64,000 nucleotides of DNA from Utricularia gibba (lineage: Eukaryota; Plantae; Magnoliophyta). The stretch lies in the NCBI GenBank assembly GCA_002189035.1, contig NEEC01000008.1:62001-126000 (forward strand), read 5' to 3'. Below, in pieces: positions 1 through 12,899 of the stretch. Position 1 is the stretch's first letter. Every line of letters starts with the position of its first letter. Below the pieces are notes generated by a model. That model searched no databases. It was not told the origin of the DNA and was given only the letters and a program-made list of their open reading frames with translations. A program made the translations under genes and the position numbers.

Positions 1-2302
1 ATGATATATAAAAATAACTTTTAGTTCCTAATAATATTCAATATATAACTTGAAGAAGAATTATAAAAACTAATAAAATAAATTACAATGTAGTGATAAA
101 GGATGTGATTTGTGTAAGAATATCTATTAACTACAGTTGATCAATTGTAGTAATCACTAGTTCCTTAAAACCTTAAACCCTAAAAAACATTACAAAGTAC
201 AAGATTCGTAATGAGGTTATGACATTTTGAATATAAAGAAGTATGGATATTAAATATTAATCATAATCTATTTAAAAACATCGAAAAACAAGTTTTCAAA
301 TCAAAGTTACTAGAATTAAGTATATACTTCTAAATGAAATGTTGAAGTGTGTGTTCTTAAATTTCAAAAAAAAATGTAAATTCAAATATTTTATTTTTTT
401 TAATAAATACTATATTTTCACAATTTAGCATGTGTTTCAATCATCAGATGCTTTGGATTCATTATTTTGACCTTATAATTAACTTTTGAGACATTGCATT
501 TAAGTAATAAAACAAGACTTACCATAATTCAATAATCAAATAAGACTCTTGTCTTTTTCTTTGGTGAATGATTACATGGCATGTGGAGTACAATCCTATT
601 TCACACGCTTTCGTTTTGTTTAAGTTCAAATATGATGTTTTTATTATTTTAAAATCATTAAATGAAAGTGGTATATAAAAAATCCCCTATATTTAGTATT
701 GTTCGCTCTCCTCCCTCTTCTTAGTCTACCCAAAGAATATTAGAAACAAAAATTAATATACAAAGATAGATTATCTCATAAAACCTAAACCATATCACCT
801 TTTTACACCTTAAGATATCACAAAATTTACATGCTCATATGTGATATGTAAAGTATGATCTTATTTAGATAAATCGACAAAGATATCATAAATATTGTGA
901 GATAATCAGTAACGAAAACTAAATATCTTACAAATTAAAAGCAATGTGAAATAGTTTTATTTCTTGTTTGCAACTGTTCATAGCCCTAAATAGTAATACT
1001 AAACTACATTTTGATACTTTTTCTTCACATTGGAGATTTTTCTTTTAAAAATACCATCTTATTCCTTCCTTATCCTCCTAGTTGAAGCCTATTGAAGAAG
1101 TTATCTCTAGCTCTTCTTTTCTTGGTTTCTCTCTCTTCCAAAATGCATTCTTCTCTAATATTCCAATGTAAATACAATTTATGAGAACCGCACTATTCAT
1201 ACCTCTAACCCTTAGTTTGATGTGGAAAAAGTTGCACTCATTCTCTCCTCTTTTTATGTTGTGTCTCCTGCTAAATAGCTCTTGGACGAAATTCTAGTTT
1301 AACTTCTAATTCTAGGACCTTCCTGCTGAACTCAAAAATCAGTTAGAATATAGAGTAGATTAAATGGTTCAATAGTAAAGAAAATCATATCATTCACATA
1401 ATTTTTTGTAAAACACTTAAAATTATAAAATAAATCCCCAAAATATAATTAAAAAGTCACAACTTTTATGTCCTAAAATAGAAAAATTCATATGTTATCA
1501 TCAAACTAGTTTACAAAATCATGATAGTCTAAAATCGACCTCTCATGATTGACATTTATACTATGCTCATGTGTTTTACATTTTAAATTTTTTTTTAAAT
1601 TATTGTGGAATGACACACAATAGAAACCAAAAGATGCATCCAAACGAATGGTACAATATTGTGTACTATAACTGGTTTGTACCTTGAACTCCTGTTGAGC
1701 TACCCATGTGGTATTTCACCACAACATCCTAAAGGCATAGTCATTTTTGAAATGCCATTTACTTCTTCGAATATCTATCTATTGTCTTATGAGAAAGTGT
1801 CAACAAATACCATTGTACGTCCTCATCAACTGAATTGATGGGTTTCTTATATAAAGGAACATTCTCATTATCAATATCCTAAGTTGCTTGTTTTGAGTTC
1901 CCTTATAAGTGAATGCTGTCACGATCTGATTCCAATATGTGTGGCATCATTTGAAAAAGTAGAGTTTGGTATGTGTTCATTCTTATTTAATTTTGAATAG
2001 TCGTTATGAATAGTGTTGTCAAAGATGCATTCACAGTCTTGATTTAATTCCGGACACATAATATTGGACTTACAATGTTTGTGGCATCAAAGGGAAAGAT
2101 ACGGATCAAGCGCTATATTATTAAAATAGACATGCCCATTACTTACACATAATCCACGGTTGTATTTACACATGTTTTACAAATATGTTAACCCATTCAA
2201 TGCAACACAAGATGAAGGATTAGTAATATATGATTTTTTTGAAAAATAAAACCAAATTATCTACTTAGATAATCAAAATTCCTCGTTCAAAACAACCCCA
2301 TC

Positions 2303-2871
2303 TGATAAGATCATGGATACTATAGATTATCCCAATGAAGATAAAGGACACAAGATCAATAATCCTCCATTGATTTCAGTTGGGCCAATCACTAGATTAA
2401 GAGCAAGAAGGAATCAAGAAGTGCTTAAGAGCTTATGGGCCAATCAACCAAACTATGAGGTATTGGGCATAGAATTCAACATTTTCAAAGTGCATCAACT
2501 TGATTAGAGAAGGCCCATTACTACCAAATACATTATTATTACTATTTTTCCTCTAATAAGGCCCAATCCTTCATCTATTTAAGAAGACCTTACTCATGTT
2601 TTGGACAACTTTGATTGTAATAACTTTTGAGAGATATTCTCCTTCCTTGAGTTCTTGTAGAACTTAGACTTATCAAGAATTGCTTGTGGTGTCTAGTGTG
2701 TGGTTTATCACTCCCAATTCCTTCCTTGATTCTGTGAGTGTGGTACCATTTCATAGTTTGGGTTGCAAGGATCTTTCAATCCTTGAGGGCCAACTTCTTT
2801 TTCTCGAGGGATTGCTTCTTTTCAACCAAGATCTGGTTTGCCAATCACTTGTTGATTGGAGGGTCGTATCA
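2303..2871 (+). repeat. 5' LTR of the CRM element
   Basis: TGATAAGATC...GTCGTATCA. About 96% identical by eye (about 20 differences) to 8202-8771. Confidence 0.95.
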
Positions 2872-2873
2872 GG

Positions 2874-2886
2874 TGGTATCAGAGCC
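2874..2886 (+). other. Primer binding site (initiator tRNA-Met)
   Basis: TGGTATCAGAGCC 2 bp after the 5' LTR; this is the canonical plant tRNAi-Met PBS. Confidence 0.92.
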
Positions 2887-3577
2887 AATCTTTCTCTTCT
2901 TCATCACCTATTTATCTTGTTTTGGTTTCGTTCTCAGAAAAAAAAAACAGAAACTAGTCCAGATCTATCTTGATTTGGTTATCTTGTCTTTTGCTCATCT
3001 CTTCTTCTGAAAAGAAGAACCAATGGGGGTTTCTTATCTTTGTTTCTTCCATCCTTTTCTTCTGGATTGCTGCAAAAAGAAAAAAATAACATGTTGAAGG
3101 GAGAGAGAAGGTTAGGAGCTGAATTTTCAACTTTTCACACACAAGAAAAGTCAAAAAAAGAAGTTAGTCATTTGAATCCATTGAATCTTTTCTTTACCAA
3201 ACAAAAGAAAAGTCAATATTGTACAACTTTGTCTATTGTCCTACTTCTATTCCATTTTAACTCTTTTCAATTGTCTACCTACCTCTTTTGGTGTTAATCA
3301 CAAAAAGTTACACTCTATCTTTCCATTCCTACTCTTATTTAACCATTATTACTATTACCATCACCAAGTCTTATATTGCTCGTTTTCTTTATCCCATTCA
3401 TTACCCTAGCCACTCTTATCTCTTTGAACCACACTTAGATTGATCATTTAAGATTTATTGAGTCTTAAAGTTCAACAGGACTTGAGGTTTGGAAATTCTC
3501 TCTTTCTTTTTTTCCTTCTATCTTTCTGTTGTTATTATCTTTCCTTCTTTTTTTCTACACTTTTCACTTGTAGTAGG

Positions 3578-6500
3578 ATGTCGAGCTCTAATAACCCTGC
3601 AGAAGAATCAAGTGTTATGGATGTTCGTTTTGTACTTAATGCAATGCAAAGTGAGTTCAGGAGATTGCAAAGATGCATGGAACAAATCCACATCAAACTA
3701 GAGGACCATGATGAATCTCTCAAGAACATCAAAAAGCAAGAAGAGGATAGTGTCTCCCATGGAAGAACAAGAGTTCCAACACACCATAGCAGAAGGAATT
3801 CTCAACAAGAAAAAGATTCAAAATCTGAGGCAAAGCATGGTGAACAAAGGAGAAACAATAACAACATCCTTGATGAGTATGATTCATCTGGTGGTGATGA
3901 TATAGAACGAAGATCTCAAAGAAATTGGAGGCCAAATCGTGGTGTGAGATATGATGAAAGACCCAGGGGAAGACACACATGTGAATACAAGGAATTTGAT
4001 AACATCAAGATGAAAATCCCTTCTTTTCAAGGGAAAAACAATCCAAATGGCTACTTGGAATGGGAGACTCGTGTGGAGCATGTGTTTGATTGTCACAACT
4101 ATTCTGAAGTCAAGAAGATCAAGCTTGCTGTTGTTGAGTTTACAGATTATGCCATAACTTGGTGGGATAAAGTAGTACTCAACAGAAGACGAAATGATGA
4201 AGAACCAACTCGCACTTGGGCTGAAATGAAGAGGATCATGAGAAAAAGGTTCATTCCCAACCATTACCAAAGAGATCAACACCAAAACTTGCAGAAGCTC
4301 ACCCAAGGGAGCAAAACCGTGGAAGAATATTGGCAAGAAATGGAGGTGTTAATGATTCGAGCCAATATACTAGAGGATAGGGTCCTCTACAATGGCAAGA
4401 TTCCTCTAAGGTTTAAACAAGAAATCTCTCAAGTGTCGAGCTACAACACTATGTGAGTTGAAAACATATTGCATGTTGAAAAAACCTTGAGAAGGTGAAA
4501 GTTCTAAGGGACAACATAGAGAGCATCCAAAACTTCTACCTGTGGAGCAACGAGAAAACTGATTCCAAACAAATTATTTGTGATTGGGAAAGTCAACCAA
4601 GTTGGACTTGATGAAGAGGTTGCACAGACGTTCTAGTAAGGAAAGAGGATTTAAGTCCTCTGGACAAACACGAAATATCAAGTGTTTCAAATGTCTTGGC
4701 CATGGTCATATTGCTTCGGAATGCCCAAACAAGCGAACCATGATTCTAAGGGACTCTGGAGATGTTGAATCTGAAGTTGAGTGTGAAAGTGGAAGTGAAG
4801 TACAGGAGATAGATGATGGGGAACAACAACCTATCATTGGTGAAAGTTTGGTAACAAGAAGGACTTTAGCCATGGATGCTAAGCTAATGGAGGAGCAACG
4901 AGAAAACTTATTCCATACACGTTGCTTTGTGAATGGGAAAGTTTGTAGCCTAATAATTGATGGAGGCAGTTGCACAAACGTTGCTAGTACTCTCATGGTG
5001 GATAAACTCCATCTTCCTACTCTTAAACATCCAAATCCCTATAGGCTTCAATGGTTGAACGAAGGGAGTGAAGTAAAGATCAATAAACAAGTTCTTGTTG
5101 CTTTCCAAATTGGAAAGTATCAGGATGAGGTTCTTTGTGATGTAGTGCCCATGCATGCTGGACACATACTCTTGGAAAGGCCGTGGCAATACGATAGGAA
5201 GGTGATCCATGATGGCTATACTAACAAGTATTCCTTTTCTATGAAAGGAAAACCAATCACATTGGTGTCTTTATCTCCAAAAGAGGCACACGAGGATCAA
5301 GTTAAGATTGTTGCTGCTACCAAATCCTTTGGTGATTCAAGGGATGAGAGCTTGGGAGAGAAAAAAGAGATATCACGAGAAAGGAAAAGAATATCTAAAA
5401 AAGAGAGTGAAAAGAAAGACGTGAATAAAGAATTTGTGAGGAAAAAAGAAGTGGAATGTCTTGTTGCAAGAATGAGTGATGTGAAAAGAGTGTTACATGC
5501 CAGAAATCCATTTCTTTTGCTCTTGTTTAAAGAGCCTTTGTCAGACAACTCTAACCCACAAGAGGATCTTCCTACTTGCATTAAATTTCTTTTGCAAGAA
5601 TTCAATGATGTTTTTCCTGAAGAATTGCCTGGATTACCACCATACCGAGGAATAGAACATCAAATTGATTTCGTTCCTGGTGCTCAAATCCCAAACCGAG
5701 CTTACGTATAGAGCCAACCCTGAAGAAACCAAAGAAATCCAACGCCAAGTGGAAGAACTCATGGTTAAGGGGTTGGTGAGGGAGAGTGTTAGTCCATGCT
5801 CAGTTCCAGTGTTATTGGTGCCAAAACATGATGGAACATGGAGAATGTGCACTAATTGTAGAGCCATCAACCAAATAATGATTAAGTACAGTCATCCTAT
5901 ACCTAGGCTTGATGATATGTTAGATGAATTACATGGATCATGCATTTTCTCTAAGATTGATTTGCGTAGTGGATATCATCAAATTAGGATGAGAAAGGGG
6001 GATGAATGGAAGGCTGCTTTCAAAACTAAGTTTGGTTTATATGAATGGTTAGTTATGCCTTTTGGATTGACTAATGCACCTAGTACTTTCATGAGATTGA
6101 TGAATCATGTATTGCGTCCCTTTCTTGGGAGATTTGTTGTTGTTACTTTGATGATATTCTTATGTATAGTAAGACATTGGTTGAACATACATGTCATTTA
6201 CGTGACGTGTTGGTTGTTTTGAGAAAAAAGTGTTTGTATGCTAATATCAAAAAGTGCGACTTTTGCACAAACAAAATCTCTTTTCTTGGCTATATTGTAA
6301 GTGATGCAGGTATGTTAGTAGATGAAGGAAAGGTGAAAGCAATTAGAGAATGGCCAACTCCTACCACAATTGGAGAAGTGCGCAGTTTCCATGGATTGGC
6401 TAGCTTCTACCGTCGTTTTGTAAAGGATTTCAGCACAATTGCTGCACCATTGAACGAGGTTGTGAAGAAAAATGTGCAATTTTGGTGGGGAGAATCACAA

Positions 6501-8295
6501 GAACATGCTTTCAAGACACTTAAGGATAAGCTTAGCTAAGCTCCTTTACTTGCATTACCTGATTTCTCTAACACGTTTGAAATTTAATGTGATGCTTCTG
6601 GAGTTGGAATAGGTGCTGTTCTCATGCAAGCAGGTCGACCTATTGCCTATTTCAGTGAAAAATTGGGTGGAGCTACACTAAATTACCCAACTTATTATAA
6701 GGAGTTGTACTCATTGGTTAGAGCACTTGAAACTTGGAAACATTATCTTTGGCACAAAGAGTTTGTTATCCATACAGATCACGAAAGTTTGAAGCATGTC
6801 AAGAGTCAAAAAAATCTCAATAGAAGACACGCAAAATGGGTGGAGTTCATTGATACCTTTCCTTATGTTATCAAATATAAGAAAGGTAAGGAGAACAATG
6901 TTGCAGATGCATTGTCACGAAGGTACACACTTTTAGCTACTCTTGATGCTCAAATTCTTGGATTGTCAACGATAAAAGAATTTTACAGTGTTGATCATGA
7001 TTTTAAAGATATTTACCTTTCATGTGAACATAAACCTCTTGAAAACTTCTATAGGCAAGATGATTTTCTTTTCAAAAAGAATAGATTATGTATTCCTCAA
7101 TGTTCAATTCATGAGTTTTTAGTGAAAGAAGCTCATGGTGGTGGTCTAATGGGGCATTTTGGTCACCAAGACATTGGACATACTTCAACAACACTTCTAT
7201 TGGCCACACATGAGAAAAGATGTGGAAAGAATCTGTGGAAGATGTTTGGTGTGCAAGAAAGCCAAATCAAAATCAACTTCTCAAGGATTGTACACTCCTC
7301 TTCCTACTCATCTTTACCTTGGATTGACCTTTCTATGGATTTTGTTTTAGGATTACCAAGGACTCAAAAGGGAAAGGATTCAATATTTGTGGTCGTGGAC
7401 AGGTTCTCCAAGATGGCACATTTCATTCCTTGTCACAAGACTGATGATGCTTCGCATGTTGCCGATTTATTCTTCAGGGAGATTGTTAGGCTTCATGGTA
7501 TGCCACTTACCATTGTAAGTGATCGTGACACAAAGTTTCTTAGCAACTTTTGGCGTACACTTTGGAGTAAGTTGGGAACAAAGCTTCTTTTCTCTACCAC
7601 TTGTCATCCCAAACTGATGGACAAACCGAGGTAACAAACCGAACCCTAGCTACCCTACTTCGTGCCATCATCAAAAAGAACATTAGAACATGGGAAGATT
7701 GCTTACCTCATGTTGAGTTTGCATACAATAGAGCAGTACATTCTTCTACTCATTGTTCTCCTTTTGAAATTGTGTATGGTTTTAATCCTTGTGCACCTAT
7801 AGACTTGTTGCCCTTTCCATCTGATGAATTTCGTAGTTTTGATGGTGCTAAGAAGCAGATGCCATCAGAACACTACATGAGAAGGTTCGAAATCAATTGG
7901 AAGCCAAAAACATGAAGTATGCAGCTAAAGCAAATAAACATAGGAAAAAAGTTACTCTACAACCAGGAGATTGGGTTTGGGTACATTTTCGAAAGGAAAG
8001 ATTTCCAAGCAAGAGGCATTCAAAGCTTTCACCCAGAGGAGATGGACCCTTTCAAGTCATTGAGAAAATCAATGATAATGCTTATAAGATTGATCTTCCA
8101 AGTGAGTTTTCGGTGCACTCCACGTTCAATATTGCTGACTTGGTTCCTTGTGATGTAGATGGTGATGATTCAAGGATGAATCTGCTAAAAGAAGGGGGGG
8201 ATGATGAGATCATGGATGCTATAGATTATCCCAATGAAGATAAAGGACACAAGATCAGGAAATCCTCCAATGATTTCAGTTGGGCCAATCACTAG
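3578..8295 (+). pseudogene. Disrupted gag-pol of the CRM element
   Basis: Gag (KMKIPSFQGKNNP), zinc knuckle CFKCLGHGHIASEC, protease LIIDGGSC, RT ([18 protein letters not shown]; YFDD motif frameshifted near 6145), RNase H ([10 protein letters not shown]), integrase ([19 protein letters not shown]). Several frameshifts plus in-frame stops (for example near 6537 and 6585). Confidence 0.93.
8187..8201 (+). other. Polypurine tract
   Basis: AAAAGAAGGGGGGGA immediately before the 3' LTR. Confidence 0.9.
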
Positions 8296-8771
8296 ATCAA
8301 GAGCAAGAAGGAATCAAGAAGTGCTTAAGAGCTTATGGGCCAATCAACCAAACTATTAGGTGTTGGGCATGGAATTCAACATTCTCAAAGTGCATCAACT
8401 TGATTAGAGAAGTCCCATTACTACCAAATACATTATTATTACTACTTTTCCTCTAATAAGGCTCAATCTTTCATCTATTTAAGAAGGCCTTACTCATGTT
8501 TTGAACAACTTTGATTGTAATAACTTTTGAGAGCTATTCTCCTTCCTTGAGTTCTTGTAGAACTTAGACTTATCAAGCCTTGCTTGTGGTGTCTAGTGTG
8601 TGGTTTATCACTCCCAATTCCTTCCTTGATTCTGTGAGTGTGGTACCATTTCATAGTTTGGGTTGCAAGGATCTTTCAATCCTTGAGGGCCAACTTTTTT
8701 TTCTCGAGGGATTGCTTCTTTTCAACCAAGATCTGGTTTGCCAATCACTTGTTGATTGGAGGGTCGTATCA
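8202..8771 (+). repeat. 3' LTR of the CRM element
   Basis: TGATGAGATC...GTCGTATCA followed by TSD CCATC. Confidence 0.95.
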
Positions 8772-10585
8772 CCATCAATCCATACATTCTAGTTGAATCA
8801 AGAAGAAGTATAACTAGGGAAAAATTAACATCACCTCAAACCCTAATCACATATTCATGGTCTATAACTTGCTGATTTGGTATGGATTTTGCAACAATGG
8901 CACCAATCGATCCTTCGAGTTAGTAACTTCCCGATTTGAAAAAGTTGAAAAAATTTTCATGAAATACCGAATTCCAAGGGAATATTGTCTTGATATGGTG
9001 CCCCTTAGCACTGAGTTGATTGATCTGGCTTAGCAAAATCTACCAAATGCATATTTTGTGCCCAGAAAAATATTAGGAATAGGGTTGCATATTCCACTCT
9101 TGCTTTTTTATCATTGACTTGCTCAGCTTTGTTTACTTATTCCTTTATATGATCACCTTGCTTCAAATATTCAATTTTGGGCTTCTTTTTTTCAATTATG
9201 TGTGGAAGAAGGGTATGATACAAGTATTTCTAGATTCTTCAAACATATGGTACATATAGTGTGAAATCCTAAAACAATCATTAATTTATTCATGACATTG
9301 AGAAGGAAAACATGTAAAAAGACTTGTAAATACGTCATACAAGTGAGCTGGGTTAATTGCCCAAGTCATGTTTTTCAATAACTAGAAAACTATGTAAGGT
9401 TCAATTGAATTCATAGAATTCAAGAGTGGCATAAGTAATCAGATCATGTTCCACCACTCAGGCCAAGCGAAAAAAGAAAGATGGATATTATAGTGGTTGA
9501 ACCAATTACACATCAACAGTAACAACCTCAAATATTGGAACAAATAAGTATGAGTATACTTAAATTCTCGAAGTGTGATCTACTGAAGAAAGGATATAGA
9601 TTAAAGCTCTAAATGAACAACATGAGGTACATAGCAAACAAGCATAGACCATACGGAAGAAGAGGTTGTTGTGTTCCAAAGGAACACAAATTAAAGATTA
9701 AATAGAAATACAAGATGTGAGCTTATTGGTTTTAATCACATATTTTGGTGAATTTACAATGCAATAATTAGTCAGTGTGGTTAAATAATGCTTAATGTTC
9801 AATGACATTGAAAAAAGATTAATGTTTGTCTCACTATTTCCTACTTTGCATGCCTTCTATTTCAATGCATTTTAGGTTGCTCATTTGAATCAATATTTTA
9901 ATTATTGCTCTTTCTTTTGTCTGTAGGAAACCAATAATAAAATTCAAGCATTTAAAGAGCATATAAATGTTATGCAGAATATTATATTGCAAATAGAGAG
10001 CATCAAATTCAAAAACTCTCCACAACAATGACAATATAAAACTTTGAAAGTTTTCAAAAAAAAATTCACTGTGAAGACAAATAAATTGGAGTTTTTAAGG
10101 AAATGGAGTATGGTAGGTTGCCAATGATGATAAGGTCGAGTTATTTGTTTTGAAGAAATGAATAGATGTATACATGGACCAAAAATTATAACATGAGAAA
10201 AGGATAAAAGAACTACAACTAAAGCTCCGATATAAAAACTGAGAAGCGAGAGTTATGAGGCGACTTGGCGATCCTTGAAAACATGCTACACCTAGTACTA
10301 TCAATATTGTCATAGATTTTTCTTAAAGACATTGTGTATGATTTGTTTTGACTGAAATTTTCAATAAAAGCTTATGAAATGTGTTGTTGTAAACACGCTT
10401 GCTTTCATTCGGTGTATTCTAAAAAAACAATGTTGTAAACAACTTGCTCTCTATTATACATTTGGATGGAGTGATATTGCTATCTTAATTCAAAAGTGAA
10501 CAACATAAGTATTCGATCCATATGGAGAAATATACTAGTTTCATTTGTTAATGAGCAATATACTAGTTTTAACAAATAAAAATCA

Positions 10586-11343
10586 TGATGGTGTCGAAAA
10601 TCGATACACATAATGGAGAAAGCAAAAAAGATGGAATAGAATCATAAGTCGGGAAACTCTAGGTGAAAATCGAAGGAACTTGTATGGAGGATCTAGCATA
10701 AATTGGAAGCACCAGTATAGATCGGCAACCTAAGTAGATTTGAAGGAGCTTTCAAGAAAATTGGCTATGGAATGTAAATCTATGCTAAAGCCAAGATCAG
10801 CTAAATGCAGCAAGAATAATTGAGCAGCCTATAGATTATATATCATCACAAAAGCTATTGATGAATCGGCTAAACATCAGTGAAGGGATCAGAAAGAGAT
10901 AGTGTCAACTTGCGGCGACTAGTAGATAGTCATAAGAGCCACCAACCTGCTAGGATTCAGAGCAACAAACAGTTGTTTGGAAGCTACACAACAAGCAAAA
11001 TCAAGTATACTACAAGGTGTAGAAACTAGCTAATCCTTGTGAGAATATGTCGGCCCGAGCTCTTCAATAAATAGTAGGCTAGACTTAGATAATAACATTC
11101 TGTATTTTTGGAAAATCTTTGTACTCCTCTCCATTACCCTTATTGAAGTCAACTTCCCTGATTAGCTCTCCAAACTTTGTGATTTTCTATCATAGTGGTT
11201 TCCAAGTAAAAACAATCTACGTCTTGCTTTTCTTTGGTTTCCAAACAACAAAAATTAGAATTCAATCTAGGTAAATCAGTTAATTATAGATTTAACCCTC
11301 AAAAGCATAAACATCACCCCCAATTTGATTTTTAACCACAACA
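10586..11343 (+). mobile_element. Solo LTR (758 bp)
   Basis: TG...CA ends with 5-bp direct repeat AATCA on both sides (10581-10585, 11344-11348). TATA-like ATAAATAG near 11067. No internal coding sequence. Confidence 0.75.
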
Positions 11344-12899
11344 AATCAGCACTTTTTTGTGTTGAAAATCGGATTTGTCTAAGATGACCGATTTCCGGGT
11401 TATCAAATCGTTTTGTTTATATCCAATGTGCGGTTTTCGGGTTTTAGGGTCGCAATGTGGAAAAAATGAAGTGAAAAGAGACTAGGTTTTTTACGTGGAA
11501 ATTACCAATGAACGGAATAAAGCTACACGTTTCTATGTCTAGCAACTACACGTATGGTTTTGTTGACACATAATTGCCAGCTGCTCTGAGGCACCTACAA
11601 TTCGACTACTCTTCACGATTACAGCCATTCTTGTCTTGCTTGGCACCCGATCGACCTGCCCACACACCAAAGACTGAATACAAATGGGGTTAATCACTAA
11701 TTGATCTCCATTACACAGAGGGATCGAGAGCTATCATTGTCCCTCATCGAAAGAGAAATGAAGCTAATCCTATCTAAAAGGAAACTTGATCTATCTCCAT
11801 AATATGTATTGAGCACAAAACCTATTTCATAATTATATAAAATTCAATAACCTGATCCTTATATCCAATTACAATCGAGTGACTGTAACAAAGGTATAGA
11901 AATCACAATAAATTCTACATTAAATGATCGATCATTAAAACTTATTTGCATTAAATGACGTATGACACAAGGTTAAAATAACAAAAATATGCAATTGATC
12001 CAAATAATGGCTAATGAATGAATGTCAAAATTTTGACAATGTGATAGGTGATGTTTCACAAATCATATCAAAAGTAAAATATTTACAACCTAATTTTTGT
12101 TAAAAAGATATATCACCAAAGAACTCAATGTCATTATGATCAAATTTAAAGAGAAATTATTTTGATTTTCTTCATAAATCTTCCCTCCTCTTGTTTCATC
12201 TCTGGTGAAAGATATCAAAAATCACCTTCTTTCTATGAAATTTTTCGATAAAAATTTTTTTATATCAAATGATGTGTGATAAGTAGTTATCTGATGCGCT
12301 ATCCTTTGGTTGAATGAAAGAAACTCCCTGCATTTTTTCTTACTCAATACATATTGTTTAAGTTGTCGTCTGATTTTTTTTTCTTCATCATAAAAACACA
12401 TTCACTGAATGAGAGCATCAATCCAAAATAAAAAAACATTTATTTAAAAACAAATTCATAAAAGTAATTTTATTCACACGTAATATATGGAAATAAAAAA
12501 TACACGTGATAGCAAATAAATAATTCCATCCAATGCTATATTTATATCAAAAACAGAATTATTGAATATATTGTATTTTGACATTTTTTTCCCAAAGTCA
12601 CTTAGCCTTGAATAAAAGGATTTCGATATGTGACTGAGGTTAGCTGAGTTAGTGAAATACATCATTTTGTGTTTTTTTTTTTAAAATACATCTTTCGGGG
12701 AACATTGGGAAAATACATTTTCACATATTTCTGTTTTTTTTTTCTAATCGATATAAAGTAATGCTTTGTATTGGTCTAATGTGAATTGTCAATTTGACTC
12801 AAAACCAATGTTTTAAAAATCGGATTGAGCATCAAACCATATTTTAGATTATTTTAAAATACTTACTTCTTCATGAATGTACCGCTTATTATATTCTTA

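Larger units (their letters stand above)
2303..8771 (+). mobile_element. Full-length but inactivated Ty3/gypsy LTR retrotransposon, chromovirus CRM (centromeric retrotransposon) type
   Basis: Two ~570-bp LTRs (TG...CA) and a perfect 5-bp TSD CCATC (2298-2302, 8772-8776). PBS and PPT present. Domain order is gag-PR-RT-RH-INT. The integrase frame runs through the PPT into the 3' LTR. Confidence 0.95.

Noticed and set aside
1000-2250. Possible decayed MULE/FAR1 or Ulp1-type coding remnant on the minus strand
   Set aside because: Only vague compositional hints; no motif I can support.
2680-3297. ORFs in the CRM LTR U5 and leader (also 8580-8792)
   Set aside because: Hydrophobic, low-complexity translations of LTR and UTR sequence with no motif.
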